A stretch of 64,000 nt of DNA, from the NCBI RefSeq assembly GCF_006345805.1, contig NC_043006.1, forward strand, positions 77,810,001-77,874,000. The letters are read 5' to 3'. How positions within the stretch are numbered: position 1 is the stretch's first letter; every line of letters starts with the position of its first letter. Made by a program: the position numbers and the translations under genes. Source of the DNA: Octopus sinensis (Eukaryota). Shown here in pieces: positions 13,846 to 26,558 of this stretch. The notes beneath the pieces were generated by a model. The model saw only the letters and a program-made list of their open reading frames with translations, did not search any database and had not been told where the DNA came from.

Positions 13846-15275
13846 ATGTATATATATATAGATAGATATATACATATATGAGTATGTATGTATATGTATA
13901 TGAATATATATATATGTGTGTGTGTGTATGTATATGTCTATATATATATGTATATAGACCATATATGCATGCATATATTTACATAACACTATTAAGTTTA
14001 TATGAATTGTACGTAAAACCACAGATTATAACCCCATGATGTTTTTTATTTGGGCGTTGAAAGAGTTTGCACTTGCATGATATACACTATAGATCCCGAT
14101 TAATAAACACTACAAAGTACGACTGATACAACATCCCTTGCATGATATACACTATAGAGCCTGATTGAAATAATTTCCCTCTATACCGCTCTATTTTCAG
14201 TCACGGTGGATTGTGTATCTAATGCCATATTTGTGACTGCCATATATTCAGTGGCCATAGACTTTATAAGCATTTTGTAACCACATAGAATTTGGCGCCA
14301 GACATCCAATTCTATGTTAGGAATTTTAGAGATGTCACACTCGACTGAATATTTTTAACATATTTGATATGAAACCGATGATTTCTATATATTCCCCTCG
14401 TGGGTGATTTTGTTTTCCAATACCATGTTACTGACGTCCATTTGCTTAACGGTCACCGGTTTACTTATTCTTTCGGATTGCCTGCACGAGTGATAGTATA
14501 GAACACGTATCTACTTTTCAATAGCTTATATCACACACTAAGTCTTATAATTATGCATTTCGTTGAGAATTTGGTTCTAGCCATGTGTTATTTGCAATCG
14601 TTAAAAATAATTTGAACACAGTCAAGTACAATTTAACAAATACAGTATAACTCGTCTTAATCAAAATTTATTTGTTGACTAAGAAGAGTTTTGCTGTATT
14701 CTGTCCAGTTCACGTGCGTAGCATTAACACATATCCGGGTAAATTTACATATATACACATCCACACATACGTGGTAAAACATTGAATATGGTGTAAATTT
14801 TCTTAGCTTCATCTAGACGTTGTGAATCATTCAATTTGTTTTCTTAAAATGATCGATCAAAAATTATATATTGTGTTTCAAGATTGTAAATGCATGATCA
14901 TTAACAGATTTGAAATTTTGGAGTGAGACGGGACATAAATATGCATGTATGCATTTATGTAAATATTTACATGTGTTATGATAGATTATGTGTAACCATA
15001 TATGTGTGTGCAAGTATACAAATGACATTTGACGCGCGGTACAACGTTCACCTTTTCAGGCAAGATCGATTTCATGGTGGAGAATGAGCTGATATCCAGT
15101 GCATACATTTGATCACTATAAACAAATAATTTTGAAGGTCGTTCGGCAAAAATCTGCCCATTCACACACTATCCTCGACGGGAGACTCCATCAATATATA
15201 CTCCAGATACACATACATACACACACACACCACCACACACACACACACACCACACCACAACACACACACACCCAC

Positions 15276-15343
<68 letters not shown>

Positions 15344-15384
15344 TTAAAGAATGGAGTTGAACAACCAACGAATTAACAAAAATT

Positions 15385-15477
15385 CCTTTATTTTCGACAT
15401 ATGTTTCGAAGGCTGCATATCCTAATTGCGAAGGAATAAGGAGTATATTATGCCGCTTTCTCATCAGGAAAGCAAGG
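15385..15477 (-). ncRNA. Type-I minimal hammerhead ribozyme (antisense arm)
   Basis: RC reads ccttgctttc-CTGATGA-gaaagcggcata..tatgcagccttc-GAAA-catatg-TC-gaaaataaagg. Confidence 0.8.
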
Positions 15478-15580
15478 AACTTATGTCAACATCAAGATGC
15501 ACAAAAAAACGTTTAGATGACTGCTCACACGAGCCCATTTTTCACTATTTGGTCTCCGTGTGAGCAGTCATCTAAACGTT

Positions 15581-15674
15581 CCTTGCTTTTCCTGATGAGA
15601 AAGCGGCATAATTACTCCTTATTCCTCCGCAAATAGGAATATGCAGCCTTCGAAACATATGTCGAAAATAAAGG
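15581..15674 (+). ncRNA. Type-I minimal hammerhead ribozyme, predicted cleavage after C15663
   Basis: Stem I ccttgcttttc/gaaaataaagg, CTGATGA 15592-15598, stem II gaaagcggcata/tatgcagccttc, GAAA 15652-15655, palindromic stem III catatg, TC. Confidence 0.85.
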
Positions 15675-15845
15675 AATTTTGTTAATTCGTGTTCAACTCC
15701 ATTCTTTAATATATTTATATTTTAGAAAAAACATACAATTTCCACACGAAAGCACATAACTTCAAACGTGCCTTCTCTGATGTGAATTTGCTACCCAGGT
15801 ATCGGTTAACGAATTATCCATAACAAGATAATTCATTCAACTACT

Positions 15846-15885
<40 letters not shown>

Positions 15886-16805
15886 ATAATATATATATAT
15901 ATATATATAATTATGTATATATATATATATATATATATTAATGTTTGGTTTGGTGCCAAGTTAAGAATAAGTTTACGTCAAACTGAAGATTACGCAATAC
16001 TTTACATTGAACTTTCGCCTAGTTCACTTCAAAGATCTCTTTCAAGTTATTGTCAAAAGTTTCTTTTTGGATCTTTATCTAATGATTGATGTCTGAAGCA
16101 TCTGTCTACTCATTGCTTGGATGATCTCAACGGATCGAAGTTTTAAAACTCGCCATATTAAATATCCGAGCCTATCTGGTGTACACATTTATATATATAT
16201 GAATTTACCAGACGCAACTTCCCCTTGCGGTGAATTCCGTTATCGGCGCTATTGATATTCGTAAATAGAATCACTATTTTTCCTCCCTATGTATATACGT
16301 TGATCAGACTTTGTTTAGCCAAATGATTGAACTATGATGGACTGCGGAAATCCAATTGAAGTATTTGTCTAATGCTTCATATATGGGTGCAATGCAGTCG
16401 ATATTATGTACATTGGCTAATATCTTCGATCATCGCATCGCATTGAACCTGAAAAGAAAAGAGCTATGTTCTTTTAATATACACAATGTCAATGTAGAAA
16501 GTCTCGCACTGAGTTGAAGTAGTCGATGATAGATTACTACGACGTGAAAAAACGGATCTACAGTTTGATAAACAGCAAGATGCCCATGACGTAGGTAAGC
16601 GTAAACCAGAATCAAGGCAGATTGTTGCAGTTCTGTATAGTGACGAGCATAGAGAGTATCCCGTATGCATTCTCTAAATTGGTATCACATACTGATAAGA
16701 GAAGGCGGCGAGCTGGCAGAATCGTTAGCACGCCGGGCGAAATGCTTAGTGGTATTTCGTCTGTCGTAGCGTTCTGAGTTCAAATTCCGCCGAGGTCGAC
16801 TTTGC

Positions 16806-16905
16806 NNNNNNNNNNNNNNNNNNNNNNNNNNNNNNNNNNNNNNNNNNNNNNNNNNNNNNNNNNNNNNNNNNNNNNNNNNNNNNNNNNNNNNNNNNNNNNN
16901 NNNNN
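16806..16905. other. Assembly gap (100 N)
   Basis: Run of N. Confidence 1.
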
Positions 16906-17376
16906 AGCTTCATCTAGACGTTGTGAATCATTCAATTTGTTTTCTTAAAATGATCGATCAAAATTATATATTTGTGTTTCAAAGATGTAAATGCCGATGA
17001 TCATTAACAGATTTGAAATTTTGGAGTGAGACGGGACATAAATATGCATGTATGCATTTATGTAAATATTTACATGTGTTATGATAGATTATGTGTAACC
17101 ATATATGTGTGTGCAAGTATACAAATGACATTTGACGCGCGGTACAACGTTCACCTTTTCAGGCAAGATCGATTTCATGGTGGAGAATGAGCTGATATCC
17201 AGTGCATACATTTGATCACTAAACAAATAATTTTGAAGGTCGTTCGGCAAAAATCTGCCCATTCACACACTATCCTCGACGGGAGACTCCATCAATATAT
17301 ACTCCAGATACACATACATACACACACACACCACCACACACACACACACACCACACCACAACACACACACACCCAC

Positions 17377-17444
<68 letters not shown>

Positions 17445-17485
17445 TTAAAGAATGGAGTTGAACAACCAACGAATTAACAAAAATT

Positions 17486-17578
17486 CCTTTATTTTCGACA
17501 TATGTTTCGAAGGCTGCATATCCTAATTGCGAAGGAATAAGGAGTATATTATGCCGCTTTCTCATCAGGAAAGCAAGG
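17486..17578 (-). ncRNA. Hammerhead ribozyme (duplicate of 15385-15477)
   Basis: Same motif in the duplicated block. Confidence 0.75.
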
Positions 17579-17679
17579 AACTTATGTCAACATCAAGATG
17601 CACAAAAAAACGTTTAGATGACTGCTCACACGAGCCCATTTTTCACTATGGGCTCCGTGTGAGCAGTCATCTAAACGTT

Positions 17680-17774
17680 CCTTGCTTTTCCTGATGAGAA
17701 AGCGGCATAATATACTCCTTATTCCTCCGCAAATAGGAATATGCAGCCTTCGAAACATATGTCGAAAATAAAGG
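17680..17774 (+). ncRNA. Hammerhead ribozyme (duplicate of 15581-15674)
   Basis: CTGATGA 17691-17697 ... GAAAcatatgTC. Confidence 0.8.
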
Positions 17775-17949
17775 AATTTTGTTAATTCGTTGTTCAACTC
17801 CATTCTTTAATATATTTATATTTTTAGAAAAAACATACAAATTTCCACACGAAAGCACATAACTTCAAACGTGCCTTCTCTGATGTGAATTTGCTACCCA
17901 GGTATCGGTTAACCGAATTATCCATAACAAGATAATTCATTCAACTACT

Positions 17950-17989
<40 letters not shown>

Positions 17990-18809
17990 ATAATATATAT
18001 ATATATATATATAATTATGTATATATATATATATATATATATTAATGTTTGGTTTGGTGCCAAGTTAAGAATAAGTTTACGTCAAACTGAAGATTACGCA
18101 ATACTTTACATTGAACTTTCGCCTAGTTCACTTCAAAGATCTCTTTCAAGTTATTGTCAAAAGTTTCTTTTTGGATCTTTATCTAATGATTGATGTCTGA
18201 AGCATCTGTCTACTCATTGCTTGGATGATCTCAACGGATCGAAGTTTTAAAACTCGCCATATTAAATATCCGAGCCTATCTGGTGTACACATTTATATAT
18301 ATATGAATTTACCAGACGCAACTTCCCCTTGCGGTGAATTCCGTTATCGGCGCTATTGATATTCGTAAATAGAATCACTATTTTTCCTCCCTATGTATAT
18401 ACGTTGATCAGACTTTGTTTAGCCAAATGATTGAACTATGATGGACTGCGGAAATCCAATTGAAGTATTTGTCTAATGCTTCATATATGGGTGCAATGCA
18501 GTCGATATTATGTACATTGGCTAATATCTTCGATCATCGCATCGCATTGAACCTGAAAAGAAAAGAGCTATGTTCTTTTAATATACACAATGTCAATGTA
18601 GAAAGTCTCGCACTGAGTTGAAGTAGTCGATGATAGATTACTACGACGTGAAAAAAACGGATCTACAGTTTGATAAACAGCAAGATGCCCATGACGTAGG
18701 TAAGCGTAAACCAGAATCAAGGCAGATTGTTGCAGTTCTGTATAGTGACGAGCATAGAGAGTATCCCGTATGCATTCTCTAAATTGGTATCACATACTGA
18801 TAAGAGAAA

Positions 18810-19041
18810 GGCGGCGTCTGGCAGAATCGTTAGCACGCCGGGCGAAATGCTTAGTGGTATTTCGTCTGTCGTACGTTCTGTGAGTTCAAATTCCGCGAGG
18901 TCGACTTTGCCTTTCATCCTTTCGGGGTCGATTAAATAAGTACAGTTACGCACTGGGGTCGATATAATCGACTTAATAAATCCGTGGTCTGTCCTTGTTT
19001 GTCCTCTCTGTGTTTAGCCCGTTGTGGGTAGTAAAGAAACA
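18810..19041 (+). mobile_element. SINE family B, full length, 22-bp TSD (gap-truncated duplicate at about 16703-16805)
   Basis: ggcggcg..ggcagaatcgttagcacgccgggcgaaatgc head, gagttcaaattcc B-box; ggtatcacatactgataagaga at 18786-18807 and 19042-19063. Confidence 0.92.
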
Positions 19042-19352
19042 GGTATCACATACTGATAAGAGAGATTTGTTCGCGATGGAATCTGACAATATGCACAGAG
19101 TTCCAGGTTCCGCTTCGAACATTGCATCACATTGTGCTTGTCAGTGTGTTCAAGAAGTGTCGTGCTTAAAATCCATTTCTGACGCGAGTATATTTTGGGT
19201 ACAGCTGTTGTTGCTCTAACGCCGAGGAAGAGTTTGTACTGCCTTTCTTTTTAAATGCGTAAAATTTACAATGTTATTAACAATTTCAGGGTGAATAGCA
19301 GATTAAATATCGAACGTGTAACAGGAGGAAGCATGAAAGTCACCACGTATGC

Positions 19353-19389
<37 letters not shown>

Positions 19390-19632
19390 CTAATCTATCT
19401 ATCTATCAATCTATCTATCTATCTATATATCTATCTATCTATCTATCTATCTATATATATATATATATAATATATTATATATATATATATATAAGAAAAT
19501 AGTAAAGTGTAAAAAACGACAGAAGGCTAAATGTTAAAAAATATATATATTTGTGTCAAAATGTCTGGAGAATATGGAAATTTTTTTTTTTTTTTTTCCC
19601 TTTCCTTAAAATGACATAATTTAAAATTTTTA

Positions 19633-19671
19633 AAGAAATTACCGGTTTCGCGTGTAGCTTTTCAAATTCTT
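19633..19671 (-). ncRNA. Variant minimal hammerhead in PLE 3' UTR (UUGAAAA core)
   Basis: RC: aagaat-TTGAAAA-gc tacac gc-GAAA-ccgg-TA-atttctt. Confidence 0.55.
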
Positions 19672-19839
19672 GTGACGTTATGTTTATATTGCATGAATTA
19701 TCGTGTTTTTATTCCAGGAGATTTCTAAATAAGGGGAGGTAGTGAGTGATTTTTTCCGGTGTAGGGGAGATAATCGCTTAAATTTTTTTTTTTTTTTATT
19801 CTTTTTTCCCTTTTCCTTGTTAATTTCTCTGTGTCAGTA

Positions 19840-22765
19840 TGTTTCGGATGGTTGAGTCTGGGTTTGTACTTTTCAATGAAGAATGTTTCCTTGTTCAGTC
19901 TCATTTGTGTTGATGATCCGAAAGCACATTGTAAAATGGGAAGATTAAAAATTGTGGCAGTAGTTGCTTTGCGCATTTCTCAATGTGCTCACTAAAAGGT
20001 ATCATTCTATATTCTGGGAATGTAATCTGTTGTCGATGCAGTGTGCATCTGCGCCTGAGTGATAGTCCCGTGGAACCCACGTAGTCTTGTGGCAGCCCGA
20101 GCATTTAATAACATAAATTATGTTTTCAGAGGCACAAGTAAAGTTAGATTGATCTTAAATTTCTGTCCCTCTTTAAAGAAGAATTCTGATCCTTCCAATA
20201 GGTTAGGACATGTTGCACAGTTCGATCTACCACATTTTTTACTTTTGCATCAGTAATTTTAGAAGACAATTTTGCCTTTGTGAGAATCTTTTTAAGTGAT
20301 TTAGGCTGTTTGTAGCTTTTAATGATTTGGTGTATGTTTAGAATTTCCTTTAATTTTGGGTTTTTATGAAGTATTGGTAAATTCTGGGTGATGATGGTGA
20401 AGGCTTCTTTGTTTCTGGGGTTGTATGTAGATATGTAAGGTAGTATTTTCGGGGAAGGTGTGTTGTTGTGTTGAACTTTTCTTAAAGTTTCTATGTTGAT
20501 TCTTTGTTGCACGTCTGATCCCATCCTCTATGAGTTGAGCTGGGTAATGTCTGTCAATTAGGGTGTTTTGAGTTCTTGCAATCTAAAGTTCCTGGTATTT
20601 TGTTCTGACACTATTGTGCATATCATTCTTGCAAGGTTGAAGGGGATGTTTGTTTATGTGTCTTGGGTGGCATGAATTAAAAAGAAGGTATTGTTTGGCG
20701 TCTGTGGCTTTGTAAAAAATGTCTGTTTCTATTTTAAGGTTAATTTTTTTAATTAGTATATCCAAGAACGGGAGCTCCTTTTGGTTGTATTCCATTGTGA
20801 ACTGTATATTTGGGTTTATGCTGTTCAATAGGTTTTTAAATTTAGGAGTTTATCTATGTTTTCATTCCAGAGAATGAAACAATCGTCTAGGAATCGTTTC
20901 CAATTCTCTTTTATGTATTGAGAGAGGGAGTTTCCAAAGATTGATAGAGATTCCTGGTAAATGATTATTTCCATGTATCCCATTGTTAAGTTCGCAATGA
21001 CTGGTGCTGCCCTTGTACCCATAGCAATTCCGGATTTTTGACGGTAAAATGTATTGTCAAACATGAAGTGGTTATTGTGTAGGATGAATTAGTAATGAAT
21101 TCCTTACTGATCCTTTTTGGTATTTCTTCCGGAAATTGGTCTAACCAGAATTGTATTGCCTCCAGTCCATAATTATGAGGTATACTGGTATACAAGTTGA
21201 CTACATCAATGAAACCAGGATTGTTTCTTCTTCTTGGTTTTTTTTGGAAGGTGGTTTAACATATCTAAGTCATCTCTGATATGGCTATCGATATGTTTAA
21301 GGAAGGGTTTCAAGAGGATGTCCATAAGTAGACTTAGTCTGTGTGTTTCACAGGTTGGGCCAGCTACAATGGGTCGTAGTTTTAGGTCCCCCGGATTAGG
21401 GTGTGTATGTATGTCTTTGGTGATTTTTTAATGGTTTCATTTATAATTTGACTTTTATGAATTTTTGGCAGACCATAGAAAGGCTAGGTTTGCATTTAAA
21501 GTTTGTTAGGAAATCAATCTCTTTGGTTGTCAGTTCCTTTTCATGGATTTTAATTAGTGAAGATGAGTTTTCATTATTTTTTGTGGGGTGTAGTTGGTAA
21601 TTTTTTCATAATGTAGGTCTTCATCAAGCAAGGAAATACAAGATTTCTGTCGTATGATGTATCCATTATTACAACTGCATTTCCCTTGTCCGATTCCTTA
21701 ATGGTTATATCTTCATCATTTTGGAGTTCTATCAGTTCTTTCCATTGTGTAGTGTTAAAATTTGGGTTAGCTTTCTGTTTATGTATAGTATGGTAGGGGA
21801 AGTTCTCAATGTGGTTACAGAATTCGTCAAGATCTTTATTTCTTCCTCTGTGTGGGATGTGTTCACTTTTGTTCTTGACTTGATTCATTTCAGTATTGAA
21901 ACTGTTTGATGCTTCTGCTAGTCTTAATTTTCTGCAAAATTCGGTTATATTATCCTTGAGTTCATTTAGGTTTGCTCTGCGTGGAGTTGGTGTAAATTTG
22001 AGCCCTTTTGCGAGGATGTCAATTTTTATGTTAGAAAGAGGTTTGGTTGAAAGATTGATTATCTTCGGTTTTCCTTATTACTAGGTTCCAGCCTGTGTCC
22101 TGGTGTCCTGTCCCTGGCTAAAAAATGTTGGGTGTAATTTTGTTTGTATGAGTTGTCTGTGAGGTTGTGTGGTATTGGGCGGTGGTGGGTGGATTGTTGT
22201 GGTGAGTTGTTGGTATTGTGGTGGTATTGTTCCTCCTTCGTTTGTGTGTGTGTGGAATCTATGGTTGTTAATGCTTGTGGTGTGTGTAAAATTTCTGTAT
22301 GGGGAATATTTTTGTTTCGAACTTCTTGTATGTGGGATGTTGCTTGACATATTGTTTCTTCTTTGCGTTTGTCTTGTGTTTAGTGGGGACCAGTAGTTTT
22401 GGTTCATGGGGTAGTAGTGATTTGTATGTGGTGTATTCCTTATCCTAGTGTCGTATTGTGCTGTATGGTGGCTGGTTTGGTATTAGGATGTTGTTGGTTT
22501 GTTCTGTTTTTGTTGGTGTAATTTCTTTCATAGACGCGTCCTCTTTCAGCTAGTTCCCTGTTAGGTCTAGCGTGGTTTGTAAGGTTGGTTGTGGGTGATT
22601 TCTGTTTTTAGTGTATGGAGGATAGTTGGGGGTTGTTCGTGGGTTGTTAGGTTTTTCTTTTTTATTTATTGTAATTTTCTTAAGGAAGGGATTATTTGTA
22701 CCCAATTCATTTTTGAAGGTTTCACTATATTTTTGGAAGAAGTCCATGTTTTTCTCCCAGCGTAG
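19840..22765 (-). pseudogene. PLE polyprotein (RT + GIY-YIG endonuclease), multiply frameshifted
   Basis: Successive minus-strand ORF fragments from 19725 to 22780 join into one PLE protein. Confidence 0.9.
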
Positions 22766-23102
22766 GACAACAGATTGCATTCCCAGAATATAGAATGATA
22801 CCTTTTAGTGAGCACATTGAGAAATGCGCAAAGCAACTACTGCCACAATTTTTAATCTTCCCATTTTACCAATGTGCTTTCGGATCATCAACACAAATGA
22901 GACTGAACAAGGAAACATTCTTCATTGAAAAGTACAAACCCAGACTCAACCATCCGAACATACTGACACAGAGAAATTAACAAGGAAAAGGGAAAAAAAA
23001 AAAAAAATTTTTCCAATATTCTCCAGACATTTTGACACAAATATATATATTTTTTAACATTTAAGCCTTCTGTCGTTTTTCACACTTTACTATTTTCTTA
23101 TA
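22766..23102 (+). repeat. Inverted copy of the PLE 3' end (pseudo-LTR) lacking about 220 bp between A-tracts
   Basis: ORF 22795..22980 (+) duplicates the GIY-YIG C-terminus (IPFSEHIEKCAKQLLPQF...KETFFIEKYKPRLN). Confidence 0.93.
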
Positions 23103-23138
23103 TACTCACCCACGTGCTTTACCAAACAAACTTTCTTA

Positions 23139-23180
<42 letters not shown>

Positions 23181-23209
23181 CACGCATATATATATATAAG
23201 TAATATGTG

Positions 23210-23243
<34 letters not shown>

Positions 23244-23343
23244 ATATGCACACACACACACATATATATAAGTATATAAGTATATATGTGTATATATATA
23301 TATATATGCACCATCACACATATATATATATAAGTATATTGTG

Positions 23344-23375
<32 letters not shown>

Positions 23376-23420
23376 ATATATATATGCCACACACCACACA
23401 TATATATAAGTATATAAGTA

Positions 23421-23451
<31 letters not shown>

Positions 23452-23633
23452 TACATGTAATTATATTATATATGCATTATATATATATGTGTATAGTATA
23501 TCTATATCTATACACACGCAGGCGCGAAAAAATTGATCTACTATAAGTTTCAGGTTCTGATATTACGATTGTGTGTCGAGCAGAATCCATGCCTTATGCA
23601 CTTGTGTATGATTGCTATTGTGTATAATATGTA

Positions 23634-24477
23634 CTGGATCATCCCATAAATAATGCGGATTATTCAGTTACATGGAATAAGAGTCGGAGGAGGATGGGAT
23701 AAATTACATGAATAAACTTGCGATAAGAGCAAATTTCACCTTGCAAATTTTGAAGAAAGCGGTTCGATTTTAACAGTTATCTTTACAAAGCTATAATGGA
23801 ATTCATTGAGACGTATATGCTTTATGAGTTCAATAAAAGCAACAATGCAACGGTAAGTACGAGGAATATTAATGCTGTATATGGGTATCGGACAATAAGC
23901 GTAGGCCAGTGTCAACTGTGGTCGACGTGCCTCATACTGGAAGATTTGTAGAGCTCGACGAAGACGTCCTGCAAAACTCTAGTGAAACACAATCCCATCG
24001 TAACTGTTCAGGAACTAGTAGCGAAGCTTGGATTTGGTCTTTCAACCATTCATCAGCGCCTGTACAAGAAGGAAAGCATATATCTTTGGTTTCAAGACGA
24101 AAGGTGTTTTTCCATCAGGATAATGCTCGGCTAGAAACTGCGATTTTGACATTCCGAAAGCTGGAGCAGTTTGAACGGGAAACGATACCCCACTCACCAT
24201 GTTCGCCGGACACTACCGCGTGTGATTATCATTTATTCCGCATTCTTCAATATCATTTGGACGGAAAAAATATGAATTCTGTAATTCAGAACAATACTAG
24301 GGGAGCATTTTTCGTTGCGTTATAATTTTAGAAGAGAGGCCTCGGATGTCTACCATATAGATGGAAGAGCATTGTAGACAATGAATGAAAGTATATTTTA
24401 GAGTAAATAAGAACTTTGTTTATCTTAATTTTGAAAGACAAAAGTATAAAAATCGCATTATATATGGGATGACCCAA
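23634..24477 (+). mobile_element. Decayed, internally deleted mariner transposon
   Basis: TIRs ctggatcatcccataaataatgcg / cgcattatatatgggatgacccaa with TA flanks; transposase motifs FHQDNAR, PHSPCSPDTTACDYHLFR. Confidence 0.9.
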
Positions 24478-26118
24478 TATGTACATGTATTTGCGCGTGT
24501 GCATGTGTGTGACGCGTGTGTCTGTGTGTGTACAAAGCGTGGTGGTGTGTATATGTATATTTATTTAAGTATTCCTGAGTTTGTGCACGTGTGCGTGCAA
24601 ATGTATATATCTCTGTATATGTGAATACGTTTCTGCATGTCATGTTTGAGTGGTTCTATAGTTCTAAAGTTCTAATCAAATTTTAAATAAGTTTAATTAT
24701 CATTACTAACATGAGAATTTCGTGGAAGCTATTAATGTCATCTTCCATGACTAAGTTTAATATTTCTAAAGCAATTGCTACAGTATTAATATATTTATTT
24801 CCCTGTATAATTATAATCCCATGTCATGATCATATAATTTCCAATCATATTTAAGCTCCCAAACTTTCAAACATAAATGTCATTTATAAGATTATCGTAA
24901 AGCAGTTTTGTATATTACAGCAGAATCACTATCAAATTTTAATTGGCTACCACTAAATTATATTTAATATCGATTTTTGCCAAGCAAAAACACTGAGATA
25001 TATATGTATACTTAATAGTAAACTACATGGAATTTCGTATTGAAAGTACTTTACAATATTTATGTTGGCATTAGAGAAAGAGATTTTACGACGTACATTA
25101 TACTCTGTTCTACTGAAGGTTAATACAAACATATATCATGATAAAGTGTCCACACATAGTTATATCTCATAATGATAAATATTTATATTGTATTAGACAA
25201 ATATTTAAAGAAAGGACTATTGATATCAATAGAGTTTTTCATTGATGCTTTATGGTTAGAGTTAGACATCAATGAGTGATAAACATTGACCATTTTGGAG
25301 AAATGTATTGGTATTAATTCCAAATAATTATAGTATGTGTGATGTTGATGTTAGGAATCAATTGATCTGTGTAAAAGTGCGATGTCAACATCTTCTGATA
25401 GTGTTTTTATTGCTGTTTCCTGCCCATTCCCGCCCAGTAGGCTGACTAATACGCGCGCATGTGTGTGAGAGAGAGAGAGAACGAAAGAGTTGGCGTGCGC
25501 ACATGGGAGAGACAGACAGACAGAACGAGTGTGTTCATGAGTAGGTACGGGAAATAGTGACTGATAGGAAAATATACTTGATAGCAGTTCAAATAGATTT
25601 GACAGTTATTTGAATCGATGAGAATCTTCCTTACAATTCCCCATGGAAATTTTCTCGCTGGACATAAAATGGTGTAAAAAGAGCCATGGTCGTCAACCAA
25701 TACTTTTGACCGTTTTTTTTTTCTTAAGAGAAACTTAGTTCAGAGTTTTCTCTCTTTAGTATCTGGAGCAGATGGGAAGATAACTTTTTCGAAGTTCCAG
25801 GAATCCCTCAGTTTACGGTAGTAATTCGTTCCTGAAGATCTGTCTGTAACGCGAAATCCCGTAATGCGATATTAACTTGTCTTTATGATTTTCATGTTAT
25901 CAAGTGAGATTACAATCCTGCGGACTTTTTCGAAGGAAGAAAAGAAAAAGCACGAGGAAACGACAGAGGAGAAGGATGAAAGGCAAAGTCAACCTCGGTG
26001 GTAAATAAATTATTATTTATTAAACGTAACTAGTCTGGGAACTTTTTGATACCTCTCTCTCCCTCTCTCTCTCTCTCTCTCTAACCCTTATATATATATG
26101 AAACACACACATAAGCAC

Positions 26119-26149
<31 letters not shown>

Positions 26150-26202
26150 TATATATTATATATATATATATATATATCTATATATATATATATATATATA
26201 TA

Positions 26203-26485
26203 TTACCATGATCACCGTGACCGACCAGGCTATCAGATGTTGTTACATATCGCTGGTCTCAGTGCACTTCACATTGTTTTAGCCTTCAAATGACGCCCCC
26301 CTCCGCTTGATAAGCAAGCACGCCAACAGAAAAAAGAGTGAGAGAAAGTTGTGGCGAAAGAGTACAGCAGGAATCGCCACAACCCTCTGCTGGAGCCTCA
26401 TGGAGCATTAGGTGTTTTCGCTCAATAAACACTCACAACGCCCGATCTGGGAATCGTAACCGCGAGTCTGCTGCCATTGCCCCTC

Positions 26486-26488
<3 letters not shown>
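26203..26488 (-). mobile_element. SINE family C (tail type 1)
   Basis: Homologous to 58534-58835 and 33890-34121 (gagagaaagttgtggcgaaagagtacagcagg; tail gaccgaccaggctatcagatgttg). Confidence 0.85.

Positions 26489-26558
<70 letters not shown>

Larger units (their letters stand above)
15341..15848 (+). mobile_element. Fold-back element (IR arms about 15341-15535 / 15551-15712 plus unique 3' extension) in (TA)n; PLE-terminus-like
   Basis: aaagaatggagttgaac...gttcaactccattcttt reverse-complement arms; about 30-bp insertion in the left arm; hammerhead in each arm. Confidence 0.85.
14805..16805 (+). repeat. First copy of a ~2.0-kb duplication (second copy 16906-18910) separated by a 100-N gap
   Basis: Both copies start agcttcatctagacgttgtg and end gtcgactttgc; they differ mostly by 1-bp indels. 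Confidence 0.95.
16906..18910 (+). repeat. Second copy of the 2-kb duplication (includes hairpin 17442-17813)
   Basis: Near-identical to 14805-16805. Confidence 0.95.
19491..23102 (-). mobile_element. Penelope-like retroelement (Neptune-type) with inverted partial pseudo-LTR, inserted in (TA)n
   Basis: Frameshifted ORF: RPIVAGP, LYTSIPH, GIAMGTRAAPVIANLTMGYME, WKRFLDDCF, LPFLDILI, KATDAKQYLLFNSCHP, CGRSNCATC, IYVIKC..YVGST (GIY-YIG), KETFFIEKY; 22766-23102 is the reverse complement of 19491-20034. Confidence 0.95.

Noticed and set aside
25829-25865. ctgaaga...gaaatcccgta
   Set aside because: No stem I or II complementarity
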